Assembly: GCA_043228905.1 (NCBI GenBank)
Contig: JBHGNT010000004.1
Coordinates: 13,206,001-13,270,000 of the forward strand
Origin: Azolla caroliniana
Taxonomy: Eukaryota; Plantae; Polypodiophyta
Direction of reading: 5' to 3'
DNA: 64,000 nt
The notes beneath the pieces are model-generated. The model did no database searches and was not told the origin of the DNA. It saw only the letters and a program-made list of their open reading frames with translations. Shown here in pieces: positions 1 through 12,520 of the stretch. How positions within the stretch are numbered: the stretch's first letter is position 1; the number at the start of each line of letters is the position of its first letter. Both the position numbers and the translations under genes were made by a program.

Positions 1-108
1 TATTCATATTCATAACTAGATTAGCCTCAAATTCTTCCTCCTCCTAGTCCAAAACCCCGGTGGTTCCCACCCGACTCACGCAACGATCCGGAGCCGAAAG
101 GCACGACA
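1..108 (+). mobile_element. 3' end of a TGTCG...CGACA-family element (copy Z) inserted into the chromovirus 5' LTR
   Basis: Ends GCACGACA at 108. Carries the subterminal motif CCTAGTCCAAAACCCCGGTGGTTC, shared with 49066-49079 (GTCCAGAACCCCGACAGTTCC) and the reverse complement of 51885-51916. Sequence after 108 resumes the chromovirus LTR. Confidence 0.7.
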
Positions 109-184
109 ACGGGTTCTTCTATCCAATCTATTTTCTTCCTTTTTACTTGATTTGGTCTATTGATTAGTAATAGACTCTTAACAG

Positions 185-196
185 TGGTATCAGAGC
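185..196 (+). promoter_or_regulatory. Primer binding site (tRNA-iMet)
   Basis: TGGTATCAGAGC begins 1 nt after the LTR end ...CTTAACA (183). Confidence 0.95.
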
Positions 197-430
197 TTTT
201 ACTAACAATGTTTTTGTTGTTTTGATGTTTTTTGCGTGTGAGCGAGGGGGATCTAACAAGGCTCGTCATGCTCTTCTCAGGATCAAAACAACACTCTAAA
301 CCCGGTATTCTTCTTTTTTGATCTCTTCTCTTTTTCTATTATGCGTTCTTTATGGTCGAATCAAATTGGTATTACGTTTTATTCTCTTTATTTCTACCTC
401 CTACTACGCTACGATTTTACTTATTATTAT

Positions 431-637
431 GCATCGGGCCGAGCGTGTTTGCACTAATCGCACACGCTCAACTCATGGCCTTTTGCATATTGCGATATAT
501 ATCCCACTCTCTCCTCTCTTGAACTCTTACGATAATAATTATTCTTGTGCATTGGGTCGAGCGTGTTTGCTCTAATCGCACACGCTTATCTCATGGCCGT
601 TTTGCATATGATGTTGAGTATACCACTCTTCCCCTCT
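431..637 (+). repeat. About 118-bp direct duplication in the retroelement 5' UTR, each unit with a hairpin
   Basis: GAGCGTGTTTGC(A/T)CTAATCGCACACGCT occurs at about 441 and 559; GAGCGTGT/ACACGCTC are complementary. Confidence 0.85.
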
Positions 638-955
638 ATTGAGCCATCACTTGGCCGATTCTAAGGGATGATGTGGCCTTGACGAGGTGTATGTTGCCTA
701 CCTATGCCACTCTACTCTCTATTAAGCCATCAATTGGCCGATTCTATGGGATGTTGTGGCCTTGACAAGGTATATGTAGCTTACATATGCCACTTTCCTT
801 TTTAATTAGCCATCAATTGGCCGATTCTAAGGGATGATGTGGCCTTGATGAGGTATATGTCACTTACCTATGCCACTTTCCTCTTTAATTAGCCATTACT
901 TGGCCGATTCTAGGGATATGTGGTGGTCTTGAGGAGGTGCATGTCAACTACCCTA
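622..955 (+). repeat. 83-bp tandem repeat, about 4 copies, in the retroelement 5' UTR
   Basis: TTGGCCGATTCTA recurs at 651, 734, 817 and 900 (period 83). Confidence 0.92.
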
Positions 956-1938
956 GGGTTTCGTATCTTAGGGCATGTTTGATTCCATACACCTAATTGT
1001 TGATTATTCTAATTAAATTTTAATTTCATAAGTATTGTTTCACTTATATGATTTTCTAGTAATTATTATTTACCCGCCCACAATTAACTCTCCTTTTTCC
1101 ACTTCCTTTTCATGTATAAAGTATTTACATCGTTTATTTTTAATGTAACCTTTACGTGTAGACTATTTTTTTCGTATGGAGTGGCTTGTTGAACGATTTT
1201 TTTTTTCAACGGGTCATCTAGGTTTAACTCTTATCATCAAGCCTTAGAAAACGAGTAAAACCATATGAGTTCCCTTATTGATGTTTTACTCATGGATTTG
1301 AGTATTATATCTTTGCGCACAACACCGTCATCACTTGTATCAATTTGTGGCTTATGTCACAATTGTGCAAGTTATAACAATCATATTGGGATGTATATGT
1401 GCATACCTTGCACTTCCCATTTATTTGTGACATTGTTTTTTTCGTAGGTAACACATGGGTTCTTTTTTTTACCCTTGTTTTCGTCACTACTTAACTCTTA
1501 TGAGTAGTGCCTTATTTTATCATTTTATCATCACGTTTGCTTATTGCTCGCAAGACTAGAATATTACTTGTGAGTGCACTTGTTTTTTCACGTAATACAC
1601 TTTCTCGACCATATAATACATGATGGGTTGGCATTAATATAAGGCTATCAAGGAAATTTCATTGATGTAAGAACCATGGTTGAGCCTCGGGGAGCCGCCA
1701 TGATTACTCAAGATAGAGATCCGAGAAATACATCTTAGCTATGTTTTCCCCCATGGTTTTTAAAACACCATAGTGTTACCATAGTTATCGGATCTCGAAT
1801 CACATCTCATATGTCTAGAGGGGTAAAGACATGAGATACTTTCTTGGATAAAGTTCTTTCAATCAAAATTTCAAGCATTCATTTTGCTTGTGTATTTTCT
1901 GAACCTCCTTATTTTATTGCATACCCACAGCGTGCATC

Positions 1939-4900
1939 ATGGAACAAGTTTTGAACGCAGTTGGAACGATCTCTCCAAATGAGACCTCTCAACCCCAATC
2001 CGCATCTCGCACACAAGCTGAGATCACTGTTGAGCAATTGCTCACTACTACCTTGAATCAATTGGCCGAAATGAGACAGGCCAATATGGCATTGGAAAAG
2101 AAATTCCAAGAATTAACTATTGAGTCCAAGAAAGAAGGTGAACCTTCCTTCGTAGTCACGCCTTTCAAGGGAGATAAGAAAGAAAGAACCGAGGAGGCTA
2201 TTAGCACTTGGCTTGGTCGTTGGGAGTCTCACTTTGAGCTTCATCCCAAGCCCGATGCAGTAAAAATTGGTTATGTCGGTCGTGAGTTAGGTGGCCGAGC
2301 TGCTGCTTGGTGGCGTGACCTAAGGACCGCAAAAAACTTACCCACAACTTGGGAAGGTTTCGTTGATGTTTTTAAGAAACAATTCTTGCAGCCACCTTCT
2401 CAAACCGAACAAGCGCAACACTTGCTCACATTGTCTAGTAAGCCATTTACCTCTCTCGAGGATTATGTGCATCACGCTCGGACCTAGATCCAAAAATCGG
2501 GACTTACGGGTGAGAAATGGTTTGTCGCTTGTTTTTTGAATGGTATTCCCAATGGGGATTATCATTGGATTGTCCATGACAAGGACCCCACAACTTTCGA
2601 GGAAGCCGTCAACATTGTGCTGCGATACCATAGGACTTCCAAGAAAGACCACAATAAACCTGAGTTCGCCAAAACTCTGAATGTCAAGTTCATTGGGAAA
2701 CGTAAGCAATCCAGTGACACTCTTGACCGCGACTCAAAGAAACCGAACCTCTTCTGTGCATATTGCAAGAAGCGGGGCCACACAAAGGATACCTGTCGTC
2801 GTCTTGAGAGGAAGTCAATGAACACCCCTCCTCAAGACAAATCTACGAGTCACACAGGTGAGTCTTTTGATATTGTTGAAGTTCATACCAATCACTTAAG
2901 TTTATGTGAATGCACTTTTCCTTCACATTTACTTGGACCTAATGATTTACTCCGAGCAGTCGGATATATCAATGGAACACAAGCACATTTCTTGTTTGAT
3001 TCCGGTAGTTCTCACAATTTTCTTAATGATCACTTTGTGCAGCAAATGGAGCTCCACATAAACGCAAGTGATCATATCTATCAAGTTCACATGGCAAATG
3101 GAAACGTTCAATACATCAGTGGCATTGTTTGTCAACTGCCAATTCAAATAGATACTTATTTGGAGAAGCTTGACTTTCATGTTATGAAATTACAATCCAC
3201 AGATGTCATTTTAGGATATCCTTGGTTTTTTAATAAAAACCCTTCTTTGTCCATTGATTGGGTTAATCACTCAATCACATTTGAACTTAATAATTGTAAA
3301 CATTTTATTCAATGTTCCAAACTTCCTTCTCATTCACTTGTGTCTTCTAAATCTTGAAGTGAGTATTCTAGTTCATTAATTTATTCGTGTGTAATTGATC
3401 CTGCGGTTCAATTTTATTATTTTAATATTGACGCCACACAATTACCACATTTTGAGCAACGATTACTCGACTCTATTTTAGAGGATTTTCAAGATGTGTT
3501 TCCTACTGAATTACCGCTTACTTTACCACCTAAACGTAATGTGGACCATCAAATTGAACTCATCCCTGGGGCTGCTCCTGTGAGCATTCCACCTTACCGA
3601 CTTAGTCGATTAGAAGAGGATGAGATCGCTAAACAACTTAAGGAATACTTGAGTATGGGCCACATTAGGTATAGTAAATCACCTTGGGGTGCGCCAGTTC
3701 TATTAGTCAAGAAGAAGGAAGGTTCGTGGCGAATGTGTATCAATTATCGCCGTTTGAATAAAATGACAATTAAGAATGCATATCCATTACCTCGTGCCGA
3801 TGATTTGATTGATCGTTTGCACGGGGATCGATATTTTACGAAAATTGACTTACGAACTGGTTATCATCAGATTCACATCGCCGAGGATGATATTCCTAAA
3901 ACCGCTTTTCGTACGCGCTATGGCCATTATGAGTTTTTAGTCATGCCGTTTGGGTTGACTAATGCTCCAGCCACATTCCAACAAGCGATGAATGATGTTT
4001 TCCGAGATCAACTCGGTGATTTTGTTGTCGTCTTCTTGGATGATATTTTGATATATAGCCGTACCTTGCAAGATCATGTTCAACATGTTCGATTTGTTTT
4101 GCGAAAGTTGCGTGACAACTCTTTCTATGCAAAACATTCAAAATGTGACTTCTTCCAAAAATCTATTGTGTACCTAGGTCATTTAATTACAGAAAAGGGC
4201 GTTGAAATTGAACCTTCTCGTATTGAAAAGGTTAAACTTTGGCCCATTCCTCGTAATATTCGTGAACTTAGATCATTCTTAGGGTTTGTTGGATTTTTAC
4301 GAAAATCAATTCGTAACTATTCCAAATTGACTACGCCATTAACTGATCTTTTAAAAGGTCATCCACGTAAGTCTGTCAAACCAATTTCATGGAATGAACA
4401 ACTTGACAAATCATTTGAGACACTCAAGGAGCATGTGTGTCAGGCTCCCACTCTTCTATTACCAGACCCTTCTAAGCCTTTCTCAATTGAAACCGATGCT
4501 AGTGATTATGCTATTGGTGCCGTTCTTTATCAAGGTGGTCACCCTATTGCTTTTGAAAGTAAGAAGCTTGATGCTGCTCAATCTCGGTATTCGGTTCAAG
4601 AGAAAGAGTTGTTTGCGGTGATACACGCACTTAAAACATGGAGGCACTATCTCTATGGAAATAAATTTGTGGTTACAACAGACCATCAATCATTAAAGTA
4701 TTTTTGTGACCAGCCCGATCTTGTTGGTCGTAAAGGCCGTTGGGCTGACCTTATGCAAGATTTTGATTTTTCCATACGATATCGCAAGGGTTCTATGAAC
4801 ACCGTTGCTGATGCTCTTAGTCGCATTAAAGAAGTTAACATGCTTAGCTTCACGGAAATAAAATCTGATCTTTTAGATCACCTTCGAGGGAAATACCTTG

Positions 4901-6453
4901 ATGACAGTTATTTCTCAAAATACTGGACGAAAGCCGAATCTGGTTTAGATGCCGATACTAGCACCCTACCCTCGAAGGCGACCTTTCACATTACAAACGG
5001 TTTGCTCTACCGTAGTGGAAAGGTCTGTGTTCCAGATTTACCAAATGTTAAACAGAAAATTTTTCATGAATGTCATGATGCACCATCTGCTGGTCATCCT
5101 GGAATACAACGCACACTCGTTCTCATCTCGTGTACTTTTTTCTGGCCTAAGATGCGCTCTGACGTGCATAAATACGTAACTCAATGCTTACAATGTCAGA
5201 TTAATAAGTCGGAACGACTTAAAGCTGCTGGTCTTTTACATCCCTTAGATATTCCCAACAATAAATGGGAAAGTATCTCGATGGATTTTATTGTTAGTTT
5301 ACCTCGTACATAGAGGGGTCATGATGCCATATGGGTTGTCGTTGACAGGCTAACAAAATTAGCTAGATTTATTCCTACAAAAACCACGGTAACCGCTCAA
5401 CAGTTGGCTTATCAATTTGTTGATGAGTTATTTCGTTTTTATGGATTACCGATGGATATTGTTAGTGATCGAGATTCCAAGTTTACTAGTGACTTTTGGA
5501 CTCAGGTCTTTAAGAAACTAGAAACTACGTTGAGCATGAGTTCCGCAGATCATCCTCAGTCTGATGGACAAACTGAACGAGTTAATCAAATTATTGAGGA
5601 CATGCTTCGAGCTTTTGTAGCAAAAACCCCTTCTAAGTGGGAGCAATACCTTCCTATCTTAGAATTTGCCTATAATAGCTCTAAACATACATCCACTGGA
5701 TATAGTCCTTTTATGTTGATGTATGGTTTTCAGCCACGTGCCCCAGTTGATGTCATGATTCATCGTGATACATTAGACAGTACACGCAATTTTTTGCAAG
5801 ACATGAACCAAATGTTGCATATTGCCAAAGAAAATGTCAAGACAGCTCAAGATCGTGCTCGATTTTATGCTGATCAGGATAGACGTCCTCGTGCATTTAC
5901 TATTAGTCAAAAAGTTTTTTTGCGTGTCCCGACTGATTCTACGTCATTATCTACGGGCAAGTGCGCTAAGTTAGCCCCACGATATTGTGGCCCATTTGAA
6001 ATCCTTAAGCGAGTTGGGTCATCTGCTTATCACCTTGCCTTACCTCGTAACGTTGGTATTCATCCTGTTTTTCACGTCAGTCGTCTAAAACCATTTTTAG
6101 GCTCTGGTGATAACACCATCACAATCCAAGATCTTGTAACATTAGAGGATTTTTCTTACAAACCTCATGTTCCTGAACGAATTCTTGATTCTCGTACTAA
6201 ACGTTTACGTTCTAAAGAGATTCGGCTATTCAAGATCAAATGGATGGATAAACCTATTGATGATGCCACATGGGAACGCGAGCATTCGCTTAAGGCACAA
6301 TTTCCTCACTTTATATTGCAAGAGTGCAATCTTTTGAAGCAGGGGAGTATGTTATGTACACATAACGTTGGTGAGGGTAGGTCACTAATATTTACATTAG
6401 TGAAGGGTATGTTCACTATTATTAAAAAGGGGACTAATGATTGGATAGAATGA
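1939..6453 (+). pseudogene. Chromovirus gag-pol polyprotein in one reading frame with three in-frame stops
   Basis: ORFs 1939, 2536, 3496 and 5404 share one frame, with stops TAG 2485, TGA 3355 and TAG 5311. Motifs: CAYCKKRGHTKDTC knuckle, LFDSGSSHNF protease, FLDD RT, ETDAS RNase H, H-H-C-C and D,D35E integrase, GPF motif, chromodomain (PERILDSR...KW...ATWE). Confidence 0.93.
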
Positions 6454-6823
6454 ATGATATGTGCATGCACTATCATGATTTAGACAATCAATGAATAGAG
6501 AGCCTTTTAGAAAGGCACATCTATTCAAGGGGCCTAGGAAAAGGTATAAATATGAGGCTTAGCTACCCTCATAGGGATCATCACGTCGGAAGGCTGCTGT
6601 CGTAGACACCGGTGGTGCGGGCTAGGCTTTCGTCTCGACGATCGTGTTTATCTCTTCCAAGGTATTAGTCATCCTAATATCCGGCGGTATGGGACGTCGG
6701 TGGTAGGTTAGCTATGTCTAGATCATAGCTCGGGGGTGGTCGGGTGGAACTGGTTCTTCTATCCAATCTATTTTCTTCCTTTTTACTTGATTTGGTCTAT
6801 TGATTAGTAATAGACTCTTAACA
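6350..6823 (+). repeat. Chromovirus 3' LTR (474 bp)
   Basis: Preceded by PPT AAGCAGGGGAGTA; TGTTA...TAACA ends; TATAAAT at about 6545. Confidence 0.92.
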
Positions 6824-7035
6824 GTCAGTACTTGTGTCAACCCGATTGTTAGGGCTTGTATAAATGGAGCTCATTGAGCACGGTGTATGTACAGAGAGTT
6901 AGTATTTTTTGAATTGAGCTTTTGTGTGTTCTCTCTCTATCTCTCCCGTGTACTGTGCATACTCAAGCTCTCCATTAAACCTGCGTATTTTCTGTGTGTT
7001 TGGTTTTCTATTGCTTCCGCACATAATCTTTTACA
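6824..7035 (+). repeat. 3' half of a copia-family LTR (host site of the chromovirus)
   Basis: Homologous to the reverse complement of 15277-15520 (GTCAGTACTTGTGTCAACCCGATTGTTAGGGCTTGTATA...). Ends TTTTACA, with no PBS after it. Confidence 0.85.
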
Positions 7036-9670
7036 AACCGGGAATTTCGAAACCGGAGACGACACCCCTTACCCGGTTGTGCATATCGGAGAAGTCCCTT
7101 TAAGCCATGTCGGACAAAAGGGGAAGCTGATGAACGTATTACACGTTTCGACTATCACAAAGAACCTGGTATCGGTCGGAGAAATCGTCGACTAGGGAAT
7201 GCAAGTGCGGTTTACGTACCTCGGATGCTTCATCGAGGAAGAAGGCCGAATAATTGTGCAAGGTCGCAAAGAAGTGAGGATGTGCATCCTCAACACAAAT
7301 GACATCGGCACCGTCATGTTTGCAAAAGGACAAAATATTGAATCAGACATCGATCTCTAGCACAAGCGGATCGGCCACGTCAATTACCAGAGGCTTTACG
7401 ACCTGCAATCGAAATAGGTTGTGTTCGGTTTGCTGAAATTCAGTGGCCGGAAGAAGAAGATGTCGGAATATGATACCGGTAGTGAAGGGTTCGATCGGAG
7501 CGAATCTGACCCCGGAAAGGAAGAAGTTGGATCTTAAGAAAGGAAGTCTGAACCGGCCAAAAAAGGCCTGAAACCGGCTAACGGAAAGTTACGCCGCTCA
7601 ATCCACTAGAAGAACCCCGTCCAGAGGTACGGATACAATGAGTACATGGCGCATCACTATGCGTACATGACTAAGGTGGCGGAGGTGTGTGAGATGGAGA
7701 GCTATGCAGAAGCAACAAAAGACGCAAATTGTCATGCTGCTATGGAGGAAGGCCTGCTTAGTGGCAAAGGGATACAGACAGACCCACAGAATCGACCACG
7801 ACGAGACCTTCACTCTTGTAGCGAAGATGGTGACGGTTTGTGTGGTACTGGATGTTACGGCGGCAAGGGATGCCATCTTCACTAAATGGATGTGAAGAAT
7901 GCATTTTTTCAAGGTGACCTTGAAGAACGGGTCTATATAATCCCACCCCCCGGTTTCCAATTAGAGATGAACAAGTTGGCAGTGTGCTGATTCAAGAAGT
8001 CGCTTTACGGTCTGAAGCAAGCCCCCCGAGCTTGGAATGCGAAGATCACGCACCAGTTGCGTAAGATGGGGTTTGCGGCCTCAAAGTCCGACTCGTCAAT
8101 GTTCATCAGGAACAGTCCTGACGGCCTGGTTTGTATCCTGCGATATGTAGATGATTTAGTCATCACCGGACTCAGACTTGATGAAATCAGTTGAGTGAAG
8201 TCCCAACTGTCAGACGCATTTGAAATGAAGGACCTGGGGGACCTTCATTATATTCTTGGGATTGAGGTGATCGGAACCCCCGATGACATATTGCTCTCAC
8301 AAAGACACTATGTGGTGAATATGTTGTACAAGTTCGACATGATGGAATGCTGACCAATCTCCACACTCCTGGACGGGAACTTGACGCTATGTCCTAACAC
8401 CGGCCCGACCTACGATGAGAAACGGTTCCGACAAATTGTCGGAACCCTCATATACTTGACAATCACTCGACCCAACAACAGTTACCTGGTTGGAGTGATC
8501 AGCCAGTTCATGCAGAAGCCGAAGACGAGCACCTTCAATGCGCACACCGGATACTCCAGTATGTTAGCAACACGAAGGACCGGGGACTGTTATACCGACA
8601 TGGTATAGCTAGGAAGCTAGTCGGATATACCGATGCCGACTAGGCTAGTGATGCATCGGATCGCCGATCCACCTCTGGTTACATGTTTTCTCTTGGTGGC
8701 GCGGTTGTTGCGTGGAGCAGCAAAAAGCAGCCAATCGTGGCTCTATCAAGCACTGAGGCTGAATACCAAGGCGCTACCATTGCCACATGTGAAGCCATCT
8801 GGCTTTGGTGACTGCTGCGAGACCTCCGGATCGAGGTGCCAACCCCGATCCTGATTTATTGTGACAACGTAAGCAACATATAGCTCACCAAGAACCCTGT
8901 ATTCCATGCTCGGACAAAGCACATAGAAGTGCATTATCACTTTGTTCGCGAGCGGGTCCTGAGCAGTGAAGTTGAACTTCGGTATGTTCACATGGATCGG
9001 CAAGTTGCGGACATCTTCACCAAGCTGCTCAAGTCGGACAAGTTGCAACATTTTTCGGAGATGCTCGGCGTTCAGAATCTCCATGTGCCGCACTTGAGGG
9101 GGAGAACAGGAATGGGAACAAATGGCATTGGACAAGGATCTGGAGAGGAAGAAAGAACCAAAGGGGAAGATAAGTGTTGTAGGTTTTTAGGGTTAGGATT
9201 AATGAGAATGATAATGATGATGATTGATGATGAAGATAGACATGGTGTAATTGTGGAGATGATGAATGGTATGATGGTGAGAGATCATGAAGATGCAAGA
9301 CAAGCATTGAGAAGCATTGTGGGGTGGGGGGTGGTGCCTAGAATGGCTCCACCCCCCTCCCAAGAGGGTTCAACGTTAGGGGAGAGAGAGAGAAATATGT
9401 CAAAGAGAGAAAGAGAGAGAGAGAGAGATGGTTATTATCTTCATTCATTCCCCATAAGGGGTTAAATAGGTACAAAGGGGTAGATCCACAAGGGTGCAAG
9501 CCCCTTGGGCATTCACACCTAGTCACTCACTCACACCTCTTTGTATCCACCACACTCACACTTACATTCATAGTCATAATCGTATAAGATTACACATACA
9601 TTACATCGTTCACCCTCACTTATCAATCACACTTATCAATCACCCATACATCTCGTACGGTAACACAATA

Positions 9671-9686
9671 TGGCACGCCCGTGGGA
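9671..9686 (+). promoter_or_regulatory. PBS, tRNA-Arg type
   Basis: TGGCACGCCC-GTGGGA resembles the complement of the plant tRNA-Arg(UCU) 3' end; starts 5 nt (CAATA) after the LTR. Confidence 0.75.
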
Positions 9687-9757
9687 GAGTGCCTTGCACG
9701 TCGATCCCACATGCCTTGATCATAATCTTTCTTCAATCGGAACTTCCATCGGTCCTC

Positions 9758-9978
9758 TCAACGATCGACTCCCTCGATCGGAGCACTTGACTCGAACATC
9801 TTTGTCGGTCAGCGAATCTTCATCGACACGAACATTCTCGTTCTGTCGTTCACGAACTTTGGTAAAATCAACGATCGACTCCCTCGATCGGAACGCTTGA
9901 CTCAAACATCTCTGTCGGTCAGCGAATCTTCATTGATACGAACATTCCCGTTTTGTCGGTTCACGAACTTCGGTAACA
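9758..9978 (+). repeat. 110-bp tandem duplication downstream of the element A PBS
   Basis: TCAACGATCGACTCCCTCGATCGGA at 9758 and 9868. Confidence 0.9.
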
Positions 9979-12191
9979 TCATTTGGGTCGTCAAAAAAAC
10001 GTTGTATGTATGTGTGTTCTTCTTTGTATCTTGTGAGTCGCGTGTGGATCGCGTCCATTTCTTTAGGTGGATGAGTTTCTAAATTTAGATATTGTAGCCT
10101 CAAAATTTCTGAACAAATGACAATGCCCTTAAGTTTTGAAAATTGTATTATGTACCCTCATGTTTTTTTAAAATTCTCAATTGCCCCTATCTTTTTCTTT
10201 TATTCTCTTTTTCTATTTCTTGTTTCATTCTTAGTCTTGTTCGTTCTTGCTCCTTCTTGTCTGTTTGTATGTATCTTTCTATCTCCTCCTCTTTCTGTCT
10301 CGTCTTCTAACTTCCTTTTCTTCCTCTTCTGTCTTTGTCTTCTTCTTCTTCAACATCTCTTTCTCTTCTTTTGTTTTGGTGGTAGCTTTGGGTCATCTTT
10401 CTGTTTCCTCCTCTATATGTCCATCTTTTCCTGTTTGTGTGAGTTTCTGCTTCTCCATCTCCGGTGTCCTATTTCACGATCCCTACTCCTCCCTCCTTGT
10501 TTTGTTTCATTTCCTTATGTTGCCACCACCGCTTCCATTGTACAGCACCATTTGCTATCCGTCTCTTGGTTCATCCATGTCTTGTCGTTGTTGGTCGTCG
10601 TCGTCACTGTCTTTGTCGGCCCTGTCCGGTCGTTCTCTAGTCATTAGTTGTTCAGCCACCTCTCCGGCTGTTGGTTGTCTGGCCGTCACCGATCGGCCAC
10701 TCTAACGACTGTCTGGCTATTCCGGCCACTGTCCGACCTCTCTCCATCTTCGACGCTTAGCCTTATCCAGGCACCATTCATTGTTTTCCGGCCGCGTCTC
10801 TACCGCCGCTCCTTTTTATGTGTCGCGACTTGGCAATGTCTACCGGCCGTCGCCGTCTTCGATTGTTGCTGTTGTCTGGAAGGCCGATGTTGTCTAGCTA
10901 TTGTATGGCCGGAACCACTGTTTGGCCGCCGCTCCATTCAGCCATTCCGGCAACTCCGGTTGTGGCTATTGTCTAGTCGTCATTAGCCATCTTTTCCATT
11001 GCTTCGTCCAATTGTCGACCTCGATTCAGCCAGTTCTGCAATTGTCTAGCATCGTCATTCATCTGAACGCTTCTACTTTGCCGTCTGTTGTCCGCCTATG
11101 TCTCAGCCTCCTTCGTTTCCCAGCCTTGTCCGGCCCTGTCCTGCTGCTCCAGCCACTATCCAGCTATTTCGACCTGTTTCCAGCCCTTCTGGCCGCTCTT
11201 TCCGTTGTCTGGCCCGTTTGGCCATGTCTGTCCGGTCCATCTCCAGATGTCTTTGTCGCCGGCCTTGTCGGCCCTATCTGTTTTGGCCGAGGTCCATCGC
11301 TTTTTGGCGTCACTGTCACTGTTTCGGCCGTCTACTCGGCCGTCTTTGTCCAGCGTGTCTCTGGCCGGTTGGACGGCCGACTCCGTCATCGTTATGGCCG
11401 CCATCGTTTGTTTGGCCGCCAATGCCGCTTCATCCGGCCCTTGTCGCTGCTGTTGTTCGACTGCCATCTATCTCTGACCCTATCTTTCCGGTCCTTCGTT
11501 CATTCTTGTCTTTTTGGTTGTCTCTCGCACCACGCTATCCTACACTCGCACATTGTCGCTAACCGCACATTTGCACATTGTCGTTTCCATTCTCGCACAC
11601 TCACATAACATCATCATTTCGTGACTTCCTCTCATACGTTGTTATCAGTTTTGTACATCTTTAGCACCATTTCTTGGACATTTACGACAAAAACAGACCA
11701 AACAAAACATACACATATAGAGATTAATTCGTTGTAGAATTATGTAGCAATTAATCTTCCATTTTGGACTTCTTTCGCACATTGTCGTCGCCTTTCACAC
11801 AGTGTCATCAATTCCATTTTTTGCACATCTTCATTGCTTCTCCCACATCTTCGTTGCCATTCGGTGCATGTCATCATCATATCTTGCACGTCTCTCACAT
11901 ATCATCGCCACTATGCCTCGAATCGCCGCATATTATTGTTTGACTCCGTCTCCAAAAGGGATTCGTTGTTGTGGTCACCAAAAGGTGTTGTACGTTTTTA
12001 GGGTTAGGGTTAATGAGAATGAGAAGGATGATGATTGATGACGAAGATAGACATGGTGTAATGGTGGAGATGATGAATGGTATGATGGTGAGAGATCATG
12101 AAGATGCAAGACAAGCATTGGGAAGCATTGCGGGGTGGGGGGGTGGTGCCTAGAATGGCTCCACCCCCCTCCCAAGGGGGTTCAACGTTAG

Positions 12192-12236
<45 letters not shown>

Positions 12237-12520
12237 GGTTATTGTTTTCATTCATTCCCCATAAGGGGTTAAATAGGTACAAAGGGGTAGATCCACAAGG
12301 GTGCAAGCCCCTTGGGCATTCACACCTAGTCACTCACGCACACCTCTTTGTATCCACCACACTCACACTTACATTCACCCTCATACTCGTATAAGATTAC
12401 ACATACATTACATCGTTCACCCTCACTTATCAATCACACTTATCAATCACCCGTACATCTCGTACGGTAACACAATAGTGTTATCACTAGGGCCGGACAA
12501 TGGCCTACACAAGGTGTCCC

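Larger units (their letters stand above)
109..6823 (+). mobile_element. Ty3/gypsy chromovirus, near full length, 5' LTR interrupted
   Basis: U5 remnant 109-183 matches 6749-6823; PBS TGGTATCAGAGC; domain order gag-PR-RT-RH-IN-chromodomain; PPT; 3' LTR TGTTA...TAACA. Confidence 0.95.
9175..12472 (+). mobile_element. Non-autonomous LTR retroelement A (LARD/TRIM-like, non-coding interior)
   Basis: LTRs 9175-9665 and 11986-12472 (TGTTG...TAACA, highly similar). PBS TGGCACGCCCGTGGGA at 9671. 2.3-kb pyrimidine-rich interior with no gag or pol motifs. Confidence 0.9.

Noticed and set aside
622-955. 83-bp periodic array as a CRISPR
   Set aside because: Whole units are homologous with no unique spacers, there are no cas genes, and the context is a eukaryotic retroelement.
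10117-11608. Long hydrophobic ORFs (176 and 235 aa) as env-like membrane proteins
   Set aside because: They overlap in all frames of low-complexity C/T-rich sequence and have no recognisable motifs; most likely stop-poor composition.
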